From Eledone cirrhosa (taxonomy: Eukaryota), in contig OZ024741.1 in the NCBI GenBank assembly GCA_964016885.1, forward strand, positions 411,556,001 through 411,620,000: 64,000 nucleotides of DNA, read 5' to 3'. Below are positions 1 to 15,551 of this stretch, piece by piece. A program made the position numbers and the translations under genes. Numbering within the stretch: position 1 is the first letter of the stretch; each line of letters starts with the position of its first letter. Below the pieces are notes generated by a model, which did no database searches, was not told the origin of the DNA, and worked only from the letters and a program-made list of their open reading frames with translations.

Positions 1-3000
1 AATAAACGTACCTAGAAACCTACCTAGAAACCTACCTAGAAACCTACCAATAAACCTACCTAAAAACCTACGTAGGAACCTACCTAGAAACCTACCAATA
101 AACCTACAAATAAACCTACCAATAAACCTACCAATATACCTATCTAGAAACCTACCAATAAACCTACCTAGAAACCTACCAATAAACCTACCTAGAAACC
201 TACCTAGAAACCTACCTAGGAACCTACCTAGAAACCTACCAATAAACCTACCAATAAACCTCCCTAGAAACCTACCAATAAACCTTCCTAGGAACCTACC
301 AATAAACCTACCTAGGAACCCACCTAGGAAGCTACCAATAAACCTACCAATAAACCTTCCTAGAAACCTACCAGTAAACTTACCTAAAAACCTACATAGA
401 AACCTACCAATAAACCTACCTAGAAACCTACCAATAAACCTACCTAGAAACCTACCTAGGAACCTACCAATAAACCTACCAATAAACGTACCTAGAAACC
501 TACCTAGAAACCTACCTTGGAACCTACCAATAAACCTACCAATAAACCTACCTAGAAACCTACCTAGGAACCTACCTAGAAATCTACCAATAAACCTACC
601 AGTAAACCTACCAATAAACATCCCTAGAAACCTACCAATAAAACTATCTAGAAACCTACCAATAAACCTACATAGGAACCTACTTAGAAACCTACCAATA
701 AACCTACCAATAAACCTACCAATAAACCTTCCAATAAACCTCCCTAGAAACCTACCAATAAACCTCCCTAGACACCTATCAATAAACCTACCTAGAAACC
801 TACAAATAAACCTACCTAGGAACCTACCTAGGAACCTACCTAGAAACCTACCAATAAACCTATCTAGAAACCTACCAATAAACCTACCTAGAATCCTACC
901 AATAAACCTACCAATAAACCTACCTAGAATCCTACCAATAAACCTACCAATAAACCTACCAAGGAACCTACCTAGAAACCTACCAGTAAACCTACCTAGA
1001 AACCTACCAATAAACCTACCTAGAAACCTACCTAAAAACCTACCAATAAACCTACCTAGGAACCTACCTAGGAAGCTACCAATAAACCTACCAATAAACC
1101 TACCTAGAAACCTACCAATAAACCTACCAATAAACCTACCTAGGAAACTACCAATAAGCCTCCCTAGAAACCTACCAATAAACCTATCAATAAACCTACC
1201 TAGAAACCTACCAATAAACGTAACTAGGAACCTACCTAGAAACCTACCTAGAAACCTACCTAGGAACCTCCCAATAAACCTACCAATGAACCTACAAATA
1301 AACCTACCTATGAACATACCAACAAACCTCACTTGAAACCTATCAATTAACCTGCCTACAAACCTACCTAGAAACCTACCTAGAAACCTACATAGAAACT
1401 GACCAATAAACCTACCTAGAAACCTACCAATAAACCTACCAATAAACCTACCAATAAACCTACCTAGAAACCTACCTAGAAACCTACCAATAAACCTCCC
1501 TAGAATCCTACCAATAAACCTACCAATAAACTTACCAATAAACCTAACAATAAACCTACCAATAAACCTACCTAGAAACCTACCTAGAAACCTACCTAGA
1601 AACCTACCTTTGAAACCTACCAATAAACCTACCTAGAAACCTTCCAATAAACCTACCAATAAACCTACCAATAAACCTACCTAGGAAACTACCTAGGAAC
1701 CTCCCAATAAACCTACAAATAACCCTACCAGTAAACATACCAATAAACCTACCAATAAACCTACCTAGAAACCTACCAATAAACCTACCTAGGAACCTAC
1801 CTAGAAACCTACCTAGAAACCTACCTAGAAACCTACCTAGGAACTTACCGATAAACCTACCAATAAACCTACAAATAAACGTACCTAGAAACCTACCTAG
1901 AAACCTACCTAGAAACCTACCAATAAACCTACCTAAAAACCTACGTAGGAACCTACCTAGAAACCTACCAATAAACCTACAAATAAACCTACCAATAAAC
2001 CTACCAATAAACCTATCTAGAAACCTACCAATAAACCTACCTAGAAACCTACCAATAAACCTACCTAGAAACCTACCTAGAAACCTACCTAGGAACCTAC
2101 CTAGAAACCTACCAATAAACCTACCAATAAACCTACCTAGAAACCTACCAATAAACCTACCTAGGAACCTTCCAATAAACATCCATAGAATCCTACCTAG
2201 AAACCTACCAGTAAACCTACCAGTAAACCTACCAATATACCTGCCAATAAACCTGCCTAGAAACCTACCTAGAAACCTACCTAGAAACCTACCTAGAAAC
2301 CTACCTTTGAAACCTACCAATAGACCTACCTAGAAACCTACCAATAAACCTATCTAGAAACCTACCAACAAACCTCACTAGAAACCTACCAATAAACCTA
2401 CCTAGAAACCTTCCAATAAACCTCCCTAGAAACCTACCAATAAGTCTCCCTAGAAACCTATCAATAAACCTACCTAGAAACCTACCTAGAAACCTACCTA
2501 GGAACCTACCAATAAACCTACCAATAAACCTACCAATAAACCTTCCAATAAACCTCCCTAGAAACCTACCAATAAACCTACCTAGAAACCTACTAATAAA
2601 CCTACCTAGGAACCCACCTAGGAAGCTACCAATAAACCTACCAATAAACCTACCTAGAAACCTACCAATAAACCTACCAATAAACCTACGTAGGAAACTA
2701 CCAATAAACCTTCCTAGAAACCTACCAGTAAACCTACCTAAAAACCTACATAGAAACTTACCAATAAACCTACCTAGAAACCTTCCAATAAATCTACCTA
2801 GAAACCTACCTTGGAACCTACCAATAAACCTACCAATAAACCTACCTAGAAACCTACCTAGGAACCTACCTAGAAATCTACCAATAAACCTACCAGTAAA
2901 CCTACCAATAAACCTCCCTAGAAACCTACAAATAAAACTATCTAGAAACCTACCAATAAACCTACATAGGAACCTACCTAGAAACCTACAAATAAACCTA

Positions 3001-6000
3001 CCAATAAACCTACCAATAAACCTTCCAATAAACCTCCCTAGTAACCTACCAATAAACCTCCCTAGACACCTATCAATAAACCTACCTAGAAACCTACCAA
3101 TAAACCTATCTAGAAACCTACCAATAAACCTACCAATAAACCTACCTAGAATCCTACCAATAAACCTCCCTAGAATCCTACCAATAAACCTACCAATAAA
3201 CTTACCAATAAACCTAACAATAAACCTACCAATAAACCTACCTAGAAACCTACCTAGAAACCTACCTAGAAACCTACCTAGAAACCTACCTTTGAAACTT
3301 ACCAATAAACCTACCTAGAAACCTTCCAATAAACCTACCAATAAACCTACCAATAAACCTACCAATAAACCTACCTAGGAAACTACCTAGGAACCTCCCA
3401 ATAAACCTACAAATAACCCTACCAGTAAACATACCAATAGACCTACCAATAAACCTACCTAGAAACCTACCAATAAACCTACCTAGAAACCTACCCAGGA
3501 ACTTACCGATAAACCTACCAATAAACCTACCAATAAACGTCCCTAGAAACCTACCTAGAACCTACCTAGGAACCTACCAATAAACCTACCAATAAACCTA
3601 CCTAAAAGCCTACGTAGGAACCTACCTAGAAACCTACCAATAAATCTACCAATAAAGCTACCAATAAACCTACCTAGGAAACTACCTAGGAACCTCCCAA
3701 TAAACCTACAAATAAACCTACCAATAAACCTACCAATAAACCTATCTAGAAACCTACCAATAAACCTACCTAGAAACCTACCAATAAACCTACCTAGAAA
3801 CCGACCTAGAAACCTACCTAGGAACCTACCTAGAAACCTACCAATAAACCTACCAATAAACCTACCTAGAAACCTACCAATAAACCTACCTAGGAACCTT
3901 CCAATAAACCTCCATAGAATCCTACCTAGAAACCTACCAGTAAACCTACCAGTAAACCTACCAGTAAACCTACCAGTAAACCTACCAGTAAACCTACCAA
4001 TATACCTGCCAATAAACCTCCTTAGAAACCTACCTAGAAACCTACCTAAAAACCTACCTAGAAAGCTACCTTTGAAACCTACCAATAGACCTACCTAGAA
4101 ACCTACCAATAAACCTATCTAGAAACCTACCAACAAACCTCACTAGAAACCTACCAATAAACCTACCTAGAAACCTACCTAGAAACCTACCTAGAAACCT
4201 ACCAATAAACATACCAATAAACCTACCAATAAACCTACCTAGAAACCTACCAATAAACCTACCTAGGAACCCACCTAGGAAGCTACCAATAAACCTACCA
4301 ATAAACCTACCTAGAAACCTACCAATAAACCTACCAATAAACCTACCTAGGAAACTACCAATAAACCTTCCTAGAAACCTACCAGTAAACCTACCTAAAA
4401 ACCTACATAGAAACCTACCAATAAACCTACCTAGAAACCTACCAATAAACCTACCTAGAAACCTACCTAGGAACCTACCAATAAACCTACCAATAAACGT
4501 ACATAGAAACCTACCTAGAAACCTACCTTGGAACCTACCAATAAACCTACCAATAAACCTACCTAGAAACCTACCTAGGAACCTACCTAGAAATCTACCA
4601 ATAAACCTACCAGTAAACCTACCAATAAACCTCCCTAGAAACCTACCAATAAAACTATCTAGAAACCTACCAATAAACCTACATAGGAACCTACCTAGAA
4701 ACCTACCAATAAACCTACCAATAAACCTACCAATAAACCTTCCAATAAACCTCCCTAGAAACCTACCAATAAACCTCCCCAGACACCTATCAATAAACCT
4801 ACCTAGAAACCTACCAATAAACCTACCTAGGAACCTTCCAATAAACCTCCATAGAATCCTACCTAGAAACCTACCAGTAAACCTACCAGTAAACCTACCA
4901 GTAAACCTACCAGTAAACCTACCAGTAAACCTACCAATATACCTGCCAATAAACCTCCTTAGAAACCTACCTAGAAACCTACCTAAAAACCTACCTAGAA
5001 AGCTACCTTTGAAACCTACCAATAGACCTACCTAGAAACCTACCAATAAACCTATCTAGAAACCTACCAACAAACCTCACTAGAAACCTACCAATAAACC
5101 TACCTAGAAACCTACCTAGAAACCTACCTAGAAACCTACCAATAAACATACCAATAAACCTACCAATAAACCTACCTAGAAACCTACCAATAAACCTACC
5201 TAGGAACCCACCTAGGAAGCTACCAATAAACCTACCAATAAACCTACCTAGAAACCTACCAATAAACCTACCAATAAACCTACCTAGGAAACTACCAATA
5301 AACCTTCCTAGAAACCTACCAGTAAACCTACCTAAAAACCTACATAGAAACCTACCAATAAACCTACCTAGAAACCTACCAATAAACCTACCTAGAAACC
5401 TACCTAGGAACCTACCAATAAACCTACCAATAAACGTACATAGAAACCTACCTAGAAACCTACATTGGAACCTACCAATAAACCTACCAATAAACCTACC
5501 TAGAAACCTACCTAGGAACCTACCTAGAAATCTACCAATAAACCTACCAGTAAACCTACCAATAAACCTCCCTAGAAACCTACCAATAAAACTATCTAGA
5601 AACCTACCAATAAACCTACATAGGAACCTACCTAGAAACCTACCAATAAACCTACCAATAAACCTACCAATAAACCTTCCAATAAACCTCCCTAGAAACC
5701 TACCAATAAACCTCCCCAGACACCTATCAATAAACCTACCTAGAAACCTACAAATAAACCTACCTAGGAACCTACCTAGGAACCTACCAATAAACCTACC
5801 AATAAACCTATCTAGAAACCTACCAATAAACCTACCAATAAACCTACCTAGAATCCTACCAATAAACCTGCCAATAAACCTACCTAGAATCCTACCAATA
5901 AACCTACCAATAAACCTACCAAGGAACCTACCTAGAAACCTACCAGTAAACCTACCTAGAAACCTACCAATAACCCTACCTAGAAAGCTACCTAGAAACC

Positions 6001-9000
6001 TACCAATAAACCTACCTAGGAAATTACCTAGGAGGCTACCAATAAACCTACCAATAAACCTACCTAGAAACCTACCAATAAACCTACCAATAAACCTACC
6101 TAGGAAACTACCAATAAGCCTCCCTAGAAACCTACCAATAAACCTATCAATAAACCTACCTAGAAACCTACCAATAAACGTAACTAGGAACCTACCTAGA
6201 AACCTACCTAGAAACCTATCCTAGGAACCTCCCAATAAACCTACCAATAAACCTACAAATAAAACTACCTATGAACATACCAACAAACCTCACTTGAAAC
6301 CTACCAATAAACCTACCTACAAACCTACCTAGAAACCTACCTAGAAACCTACATAGAAACTGACCAATAAACCTACCTAGAAACCTACCAATAAACCTAC
6401 CAATAAACCTACCAATAAACCTACCTAGAAACCTACCTAGAAACCTACCAATAAACCTCCCTAGAATCCTACCAATAAACCTACCAATAAACTTACCAAT
6501 AAACCTAACAATAAACCTACCAATAAACCTACCTAGAAACCTACCTAGAAACCTACCTTTGAAACCTACCAATAAACCTACCAATAAACCTACCAATAAA
6601 CCTACCTAGGAAACTACCTAGGAACCTCCCAATAAACCTACAAATAACCCTACCTGTAAACATACCAATAAACTTACCGATAAACCTACCAATAAACCTA
6701 CCAATAAACGTACCTAGAAACCTACCTAGAAACCTACCTAGGAACCTACCAATAAACCTACCAATAAACCTACCTAAAAACCTACGTAGGAACCTACCTA
6801 GAAACCTACCAATAAATCTACCAATAAAGCTACCAATAAACCTACCTAGGAAACTACCTAGGAACCTCCCAATAAACCTACAAATAAACCTACCAATAAA
6901 CCTACCAATAAGTCTCCCTAGAAACCTACCAATAAGTCTCCCTAGAAACCTACCAATAAACCTACCTAGAAACCTACCTAGAAACCTACCTAGGAACCTA
7001 CCAATAAACCTACCAATAAACCTACCAATAAACCTTCCAATAAACCTCCCTAGAAACCTACCAATAAGTCTCCCTAGAAGCCTACCAATAAACCTACCTA
7101 GAAACCTACCTAGAAACCTACCTAGGAACCTACCAATAAACCTACCAATAAACCTACCTAGGAACCTACCAATAAACCTACCAATAAACCTACCAATAAA
7201 CCTTCCAATAAACCTACCTAGAAACCTCCCTAGAAACCTACCTAGAAACCTACCAATAAACCTACCAATAAGTCTCTCTAGAAACCTACCAATAAACCTA
7301 CCTAGGAACCTCCCTAGAAACCTACCAATAAACCTACCTAGAAACCTATCTAGAAACCTACGTAGGAACCCACCTAGGAAGCTACCAATAAACCTACCAA
7401 TAAACCTACCTAGAAACCTACCAATAAACCTACCTAAAAACCTACATAGAAACCTACCAATAAACCTACCTAGAAACCTACCAATAAACCTACCTAGGAA
7501 CCCACCTAGCAAGCTACCAATAAACCTACCAATAAACGTACCTAGAAACCTACCAATAAACCTACCAATAAACCTACCTATGAAACTACCAATAAACCTC
7601 CCTAGAAACCTACCAATAAACCTACCAATAAACCTACCTAGAAACCAACCAATAAACCTACCTAGGAACCTACCTAGAAACCTACCTAGGAACCTACCTA
7701 GAAACCTATCTTTGAAACCTACCTAGAAACCTAGCAATATACCTACCTAGAAACCTACCTAGAAACCTACCTAGGAACCTACCTAGAAACCTACCAATAA
7801 ACCTACCAATAAAGCTACCAATAAACCTACCAATAAAGCTACCAATAAACCTCCCTAGAAACCTACCAATAAAACTATCTAGAAACCCACCAATAAACCT
7901 ACGTAGAAACCTACCTAGAAACCTACCTAGGAAACTACCTAGAAACCTACCAATAAACCTACCAATAAACCCACCAATTTAACCTCCCTAGAAACCTGCC
8001 AATAAACCTACCTAGAAACCTAACTAGAAACCTACCTAGGAACCTACCAATAAACCTACCTAGAAACCTACCTAGAAACCTACTTAGGAACCTACCAATA
8101 AACCTACCTAGGAACCTACCTACGAAGCTACCAATAAACCTACCAATAAACCTACCAATAAACCTACCGAGAAACCTGCCAATAAACCTACCTAGAAACC
8201 TACCTAGAAACCTACCTAGGAACCTACCAATAAACCTACCTAGGAACCTACCTACGAAGCTACCAATAAACCTACCAATAAACCTACCTAGAAACCTACC
8301 AATAAACCTACCAATAAACCTACCAATAAACCTACCAATAAACCTACCTAGAAACCTACCAATAAACCTACTAATAAACCTACCTAGAAACCTACCAATA
8401 AACCTACCTAGAAGCCTACCAATAAACCTAACTAGAAACCTACCAATAAACCTACTAATAAACCTCCCTAGAAACCTACCAATAAATCTGCCTAGGAACC
8501 TACCTAGAAACCTACCAATAAACCTACCAATAAACGTCCCTACCAGTAAACCTACCAATAAACATACCTAGGAACCTACCTAGAAACCAACCTAGAAACC
8601 TACCTAGGAACCTACCAATTAACCTACCAATAAACCTACCAATAAACGTACCTAGAAACCTACCTAGAAACCTACCTAGAAAGCTACCTAGGAACCTACC
8701 AATAAACCTACCAATAAACCTACCAATAAACCTACCTAGAAACCTACCTAGGAACCTACCTAGAAACCTACCAATAAACCTACCAATAAACCTACCAATA
8801 AACCTCTCTAGAAACCTATCAATAAACCTACCAATAAACCTACCTAGAAACCTACCAATAAACCTACCAAGAAACCTACCAATAAACCTACCTAGAAACC
8901 TACCTAGAAACCTACCTAGGAACCTACCTAGAAACCTACCAATAAACCTACCAATAAACCTACCAATTTAACCTCCCTAGAAATCTACCAATAAACCTAC

Positions 9001-12000
9001 CTAGAAACCTACCAATAAACCTACCTAGAAACCTACCTAGAAACCTACCAATAAACCTACCTAGCAACCTACCTAGGAAGCTACCATTAAACCTACCAAT
9101 AAACCTACCAAGAAACCTACCAATAAACCTACCTAGAAACCTACCAATAAACCTATCTAGAAACCTACCTAGAAACCTACCAATGAACCTACCTAGGAAC
9201 CTACCTAGGAAGCTACCATTAAACCTACCAATAAACCTACCTAGAAACCTACCAATAAAGCTACCAATAAACCTACCTAGGAAACTACCAATAAGCCTCC
9301 CTAGAAACGTACCAATAAACCTATCAATAAACCTACCTAGGAACCTACCAATAAACCTACCAATAAACCTACCAATAAACCTACCGATAAACCTACCTAG
9401 AAACCTACCTAGAAACCTACCTAGGAACCTACCAATAAACCTACCAATAAACCTACCAATAAACCTACCTATGAACATACCAACAAACCTCACTAGAAAC
9501 CTACCAATAAACCTCCCTAGAAACCTAGGAATAAACCTACCTAGAAACCTACCAATAAACCTACCAATAAACCTACCAATAAACCTACCAATAAAGCTAC
9601 CAATAAACCTCCCTAGAAACCTACCAATAAAACTATCTAGAAACCCACCAATAAACCTACGTAGAAACCTACCTAGAAACCTACCTAGGAAACTACCTAG
9701 AAACCTACCAATAAACCTACCAATAAACCCACCAATTTAACCTCCCTAGAAACCTACCAATAAACCTACCTAGAAACCTAACAATAAACCTACCAATAAA
9801 GCTACCAAGGAACCTACCTAGAAACCTACCTAGAAACCTACCTAGGAACCTACCAATAAACCTACCTAGGAACCTACCTACGAAGCTACCAATAAACCTA
9901 CCAATAAACCTACCTAGAAACCTACCGAGAAACCTGCCAATAAACCTACCTAGAAACCTACCTAGAAACCTACCTAGGAACCTACCAATAAACCTACCTA
10001 GAAACCTACCTAGAAACCTACCTAGGAACCTACCAATAAACCTACCTAGGAGCCTACCAATAAACCTACCAATAAACCTTCCTAGGAAACTACCAATAAG
10101 CCTCCCTACAAACCTACCAATAAACCTAACAATAAACCTCCCTAGAAACCTACCAATAAACCTAACAATAAACCTCCCTAGAAACCTACCAATAAACCTA
10201 CCAATTAACCTACCAATAAACCTACCTAGAAACCTACCAATAAACCTACCAATAAACCTACCTAGAAACCTACCTAGAAACCTACCAATAAACCTCCCTA
10301 AAAACCTACCAATAAACCTAACAATAAACCTCCCTAGAAACCTAACAATAAACCTACCAATAAACCTCCCTAGAAACCTACCAATAAACCTACCTAGAAA
10401 CCTACCTAGAAACCTACCAATAAACCTACCAATAAACCTACCTAGAAACCTACCTAGGAACCTACCAATAAACCTACCAATAAACCTACCAATAAACCTA
10501 CCAATAAACCTACCTAGGAACCTACCTAGAAATCTACCAATAAACCTACCAATAAACCTACCTAGGAATCTACCTAGAAATCTACCAATAAACCTACCAA
10601 TAAACCTACCTAGGAACCTACCTAGACACCTACATAGAAACCTACCAATAAACCTACCTAGAAACCTAACAATAAACCTACCAATAAACCTACCAAGGAA
10701 CCTACCTAGAAACCTACCTAGAAACCTACCTAGGAACCTACCAATAAACCTACCTAGGAACCTACCTACGAAGCTACCAATAAACCTACCAATAAACCTA
10801 CCTAGAAACCTACCGAGAAACCTGCCAATAAACCTACCTAGAAACCTACCTAGAAACCTACCTAGGAACCTACCAATAAACCTACCTAGAAACCTACCTA
10901 GAAACCTACCTAGGAACCTACCAATAAACCTACCTAGGAACCTACCAATAAACCTACCAATAAACCTTCCTAGGAAACTACCAATAAGCCTCCCTACAAA
11001 CCTAGCAATAAACCTAACTAGGAACCTACCTAGAAACCTACCTAGAAACCTACCTAGAAACCTAGATAGAAACCGAGCAATAAAGCTACCTAGGAACCTA
11101 CCAACAAACCTCACTAGAAACCTACCAATAAACCTACCAATAAACCTACCTAAAAACCTACCTAGAAACCTACCTAGAAACCTACCAATAAACCTACCAA
11201 TAAACCTACCAATAAACCTCCCTAGAAACCTAGGAATAAACCTACCTAGAAACCTACCAATAACCCTACCTAGAAACCTACCTAGAAATCTACCTAGGAA
11301 CCTACCTAGAAACCTACCAATAAACCTACCAATAAACCTCCCGAGAAACCTACCAATAATCCTACCAATAAACCTACCAATAAACCTACCAATAAACCTC
11401 CCGAGAAACGTACCAATAAACCTACCTAGAAACCTACCAATAAACCTACTAATAAACCTACCTAGAAACCTTCCAATAAACCTACCTAGAAACCTACCAA
11501 TAAACCTAACTAGAAACCTACCAATAAACCTACTAATAAACCTCCCTAGAAACCTACCAATAAATCTGCCTAGGAACCTACCTAGAAACCTACCAATAAA
11601 CCTACCAATAAACGTCCCTACCAGTAAACCTACCAATAAACCTACCTAGGAACCTACCTAGAAACCTACCTAGGAACCTACCAATTAACCTACCAATAAA
11701 CCTACCAATAAACGTACCTATAAACCTACCTAGAAACCTACCTAGAAACCTACCTAGGAACCTACCAATAAACCTACCAATAAACCTACCAATAAACCTA
11801 CCTAGAAACCTACCTAGGAACCTACCTAGAAACCTACCAATAAACCTACCAATAAACCTACCAATAAACCTACCTAGAAACCTACCTAGGAACCTACCAA
11901 TAAACCTATCAATAAACCTACCAATAAACCTACCTAGAAACCTACCTAGGAACCTACCAATAAACCTACCAATAAACCTACCAATAAACCTACCTAGAAA

Positions 12001-15000
12001 CCTACCTAGGAACCCACCTAGAAACCTCCAATAAACCTACCAATAAACCTACCAATAAACCTCTCTAGAAACCTATCAATAAACCTACCAATAAACCTAC
12101 CTAGAAACCTACCTAGACACCTACCTAGAAACATACCTAGACACCTACCTAGAAACCTACCAATAAACCTACCAATAAACCTACCAATTTAACCTCCCTA
12201 GAAATCTACCAATAAACCTACCAATAAACCTACCTAGAAACCTACCAATAAACCTACTAATAAACCTACCTAGAAACCTACCAATAAACCTACCAATAAA
12301 CCTACCTAGAAACCTACCGAGAAACCTGCCAATAAACCTACCTAGAAACCTACCTAGAAACCTACCTAGGAACCTACCAATAAACCTACCTAGGAACCTA
12401 CCTACGAAGCTACCAATAAACCTACCAATAAACCTACCAATAAACCTACCGAGAAACCTGCCAATAAACCTAGCTAGAAACCTACCTAGAAACCTACCTA
12501 GGAACCTACCAATAAACCTACCTAGGAACCTACCTACGAAGCTACCAATAAACCTACCAATAAACGTACCTAGAAACCTACCAATAAACCTACCAATAAA
12601 CCTTCCTAGGAAACTACCAATAAGCCTCCCTACAAACCTAGCTATAAACCTACCTAGAAACCTACCTAGAAACCTAGATAGAAACCGAGCAATAAACCTA
12701 CCTAGGAACCTACCAACAAACCTCACTAGAAACCTACCAATAAACCTACTAATAAACCTACCTAAAAACCTACCTAGAAACCTACCTAGAAACCTACCAA
12801 TAAACCTACCAATAAACCTACCAATAAACCTCCCTAGAAACCTAGGAATAAACCTACCTAGAAACCTACCAATAACCCTACCTAGAAACCTACCTAGAAA
12901 TCTAGCTAGGAACCTACCTAGAAACCTACCAATAAACCTACCAATAAACCTACCAATAAACCTCCCGAGAAACCTACCAATAATCCTACCAATAAACCTA
13001 CCAATAAACCTCCCGAGAAACGTACCAATAAACCTACCTAGAAACCTACCAATAAACCTACTAATAAACCTACCTAGAAACCTACCAATAAACCTACCTA
13101 GAAACCTATCAATAAACCTAACTAGAAACCTACCAATAAACCTACTAATAAACCTCCCTAGAAACCTACCAATAAATCTGCCTAGGAACCTACCTAGAAA
13201 CCTACCAATAAACCTACCAATAAACGTCCCTACCAGTAAACCTACCAATAAACCTACCTAGGAACCTACCTAGAAACCTACCTAGGAACCTACCAATTAA
13301 CCTACCAATAAACCTACCAATAAACGTACCTAGAAACCTACCAATAAACCTACCAATAAACCTACCTAGAAACCTACCTAGGAACCTACCAATAAACCTA
13401 CCAATAAACCTACCAATAAACCTCTCTAGAAACCTATCAATAAACCTACCAATAAACCTACCTAGAAACCTACCTAGACACCTACCTAGAAACATACCTA
13501 GACACCTACCTAGAAACCTACCAATAAACCTACCAATAAACCTACCAATTTAACCTCCCTAGAAATCTACCAATAAATCTACCAATAAACCTACCAATAA
13601 ACCCACCTAGAAACCTACCAATAAACCTACTAATAAACCTACCTAGAAACCTACCAATAAACCTACCAATAAGCCTCCCTAGAAACCTACCAATAAACCT
13701 CCCTAGAAACCTACCAATAAACCTACCAATAAACCTCCCTAGAAACCTACCAATAAACCTCCCTAGAAACCTACCAATAAACCTACCTATAAACCTACCA
13801 ATAAACCTACCAATAAACCTACCAATAAACCTCCCTAGAAACCTACCAATAAACCTACCTAGAAACCTACCTAGACACCTACATAGAAACCTACCAGTAA
13901 ATATACCAATAAACCTACCTAGGAACCTACCTAGAAACCTACCTAGGAACCTACCAATAAACCTACTAATAAACCTACCTAGAAACCTACCAATAAACCT
14001 ACCAATAAGCCTCCCTAGAAACCTACCAATAAACCTCCCTAGAATCCTACCAATAAACCTACCAATAAACCTACCTAGAAACCTACCTAGAAACCTACCT
14101 AGAAACCTACCAATAAACCTACCTAGAAACCTACCAATAAACCTACCTAGGAACCTACCTATGGACCTACCAACAAACCTCACTAGAAACCTACCAATTT
14201 AACCTCCCTAGAAACCTACCAATAAACCTACCTAGAAACCTACCTAGGAACCTACCTAGGAACCTACCTAGAAACCTACCAATAAACCTCCATAGAATCC
14301 TACCTAGAAACCTACCAGTAAACCTACCAGTAAACCTACCAATAAACCTCCCTAGAAACCTACCTAGAAACCTACCTTTGAAACCTACCAATAAACGTAC
14401 CTAGAAACCTACCAATAAACGTACCTAGAAACCTACCAATAAACCTACCTATGGACCTACCAACAAACCTCACTAGAAACCTACCAATAAACCTACCTAG
14501 AAACCTACCAATAAACCTACCAATAAACCTCCCTAGAAACCTACCAATAAACCTACCAATTAACCTACCAATAAACCTACCTAGAAACCTACCAATAAAC
14601 CTACCAATAAACCTACCTAGAAACCTACCTAGAAACCTACCAAAAAACCTCCCTAGAAACTTACCAATAAACCTAACAATAAACCTCCCTAGAAACCTAC
14701 CAATAAACCTAACAATAAACCTCCCTAGAAACCTACCAATAAACCTAACAATAAACCTCCCTAGAAACCTACCAATAAACCTACCAATTAACCTACCAAT
14801 AAACCTACCTAGAAACCTACCAATAAACCTACCAATAAACCTACCTAGAAACCTACCTAGAAACCTACCAATAAACCTCCCTAAAAACCTACCAATAAAC
14901 CTAACAATAAACCTCCCTAGAAACCTAACAATAAACCTACCAATAAACCTCCCTAGAAACCTACCAATAAACCTACCTAGAAACCTACCTAGAAACCTAC

Positions 15001-15307
15001 CAATAAACCTACCAATAAACCTACCTAGAAACCTACCTAGGAACCTACCTAGAAACCTACCAATAAACCTACCAATAAACCTACCAATAAACCTACCTAG
15101 GAACCTACCTAGAAATCTACCAATAAACCTACCAATAAACCTACCTAGGAATCTACCTAGAAATCTACCAATAAACCTACCAATAAACCTACCTAGGAAC
15201 CTACCTAGAAACCTACCAATAAACCTACCTAGAAACCTACCAATAAACCTACCTTGGAACCTACCAATAAACCTACCAATAAACCTACCTAGGAACCTAC
15301 CTAGAAA
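1..15307. repeat. 12-bp satellite, two dominant monomers AAACCTACCAAT and AAACCTACCTAG, with higher-order duplications; runs off the left edge
   Basis: Periodicity read directly. The (GRFI/GRFL)n and (NLPI/NLPR)n ORFs are translations of the unit. Rare-variant markers recur at 937 bp (4071/5008) and 1612 bp. Confidence 0.97.
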
Positions 15308-15464
15308 ATATTGTTACATAATCGAGTTATGAAACAAAAACTATTCTTAAAACATTTCAAATATCAAAACGTAAAAACTTCATAAATATATTCTCCATTC
15401 ATGACAATTTCAAAACCGTAACATTTAAACATTATCTGATGATTAGGTGTCTTGGCTTATACAC

Positions 15465-15530
15465 AGGGTTTTCCCATTCCTCAGACATAAAATCTCGGCG
15501 GTGTCGGCTTATATTTGAGATTATATGGTA
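15465..15530. mobile_element. Possible degraded end of a Tc1/pogo(Tc2)-like DNA transposon
   Basis: TCGGCTTATATTTGAGATTATATGG|TA resembles the reverse complement of recalled CCGTATATACTCGAGTATAAGCCGA-type TIRs, followed by TA. The partner end was not seen. Confidence 0.3.
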
Positions 15531-15551
15531 AATGTTAAACCATTTGATAAA

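Noticed and set aside
1604-15332. Long GRFL/GRFI and NLPI/NLPR ORFs, superficially like RFamide precursors or leucine-rich repeats
   Set aside because: Pure translations of a 12-bp satellite: no signal peptide, dibasic cleavage sites or synonymous variation, and frames break at 13-bp units.
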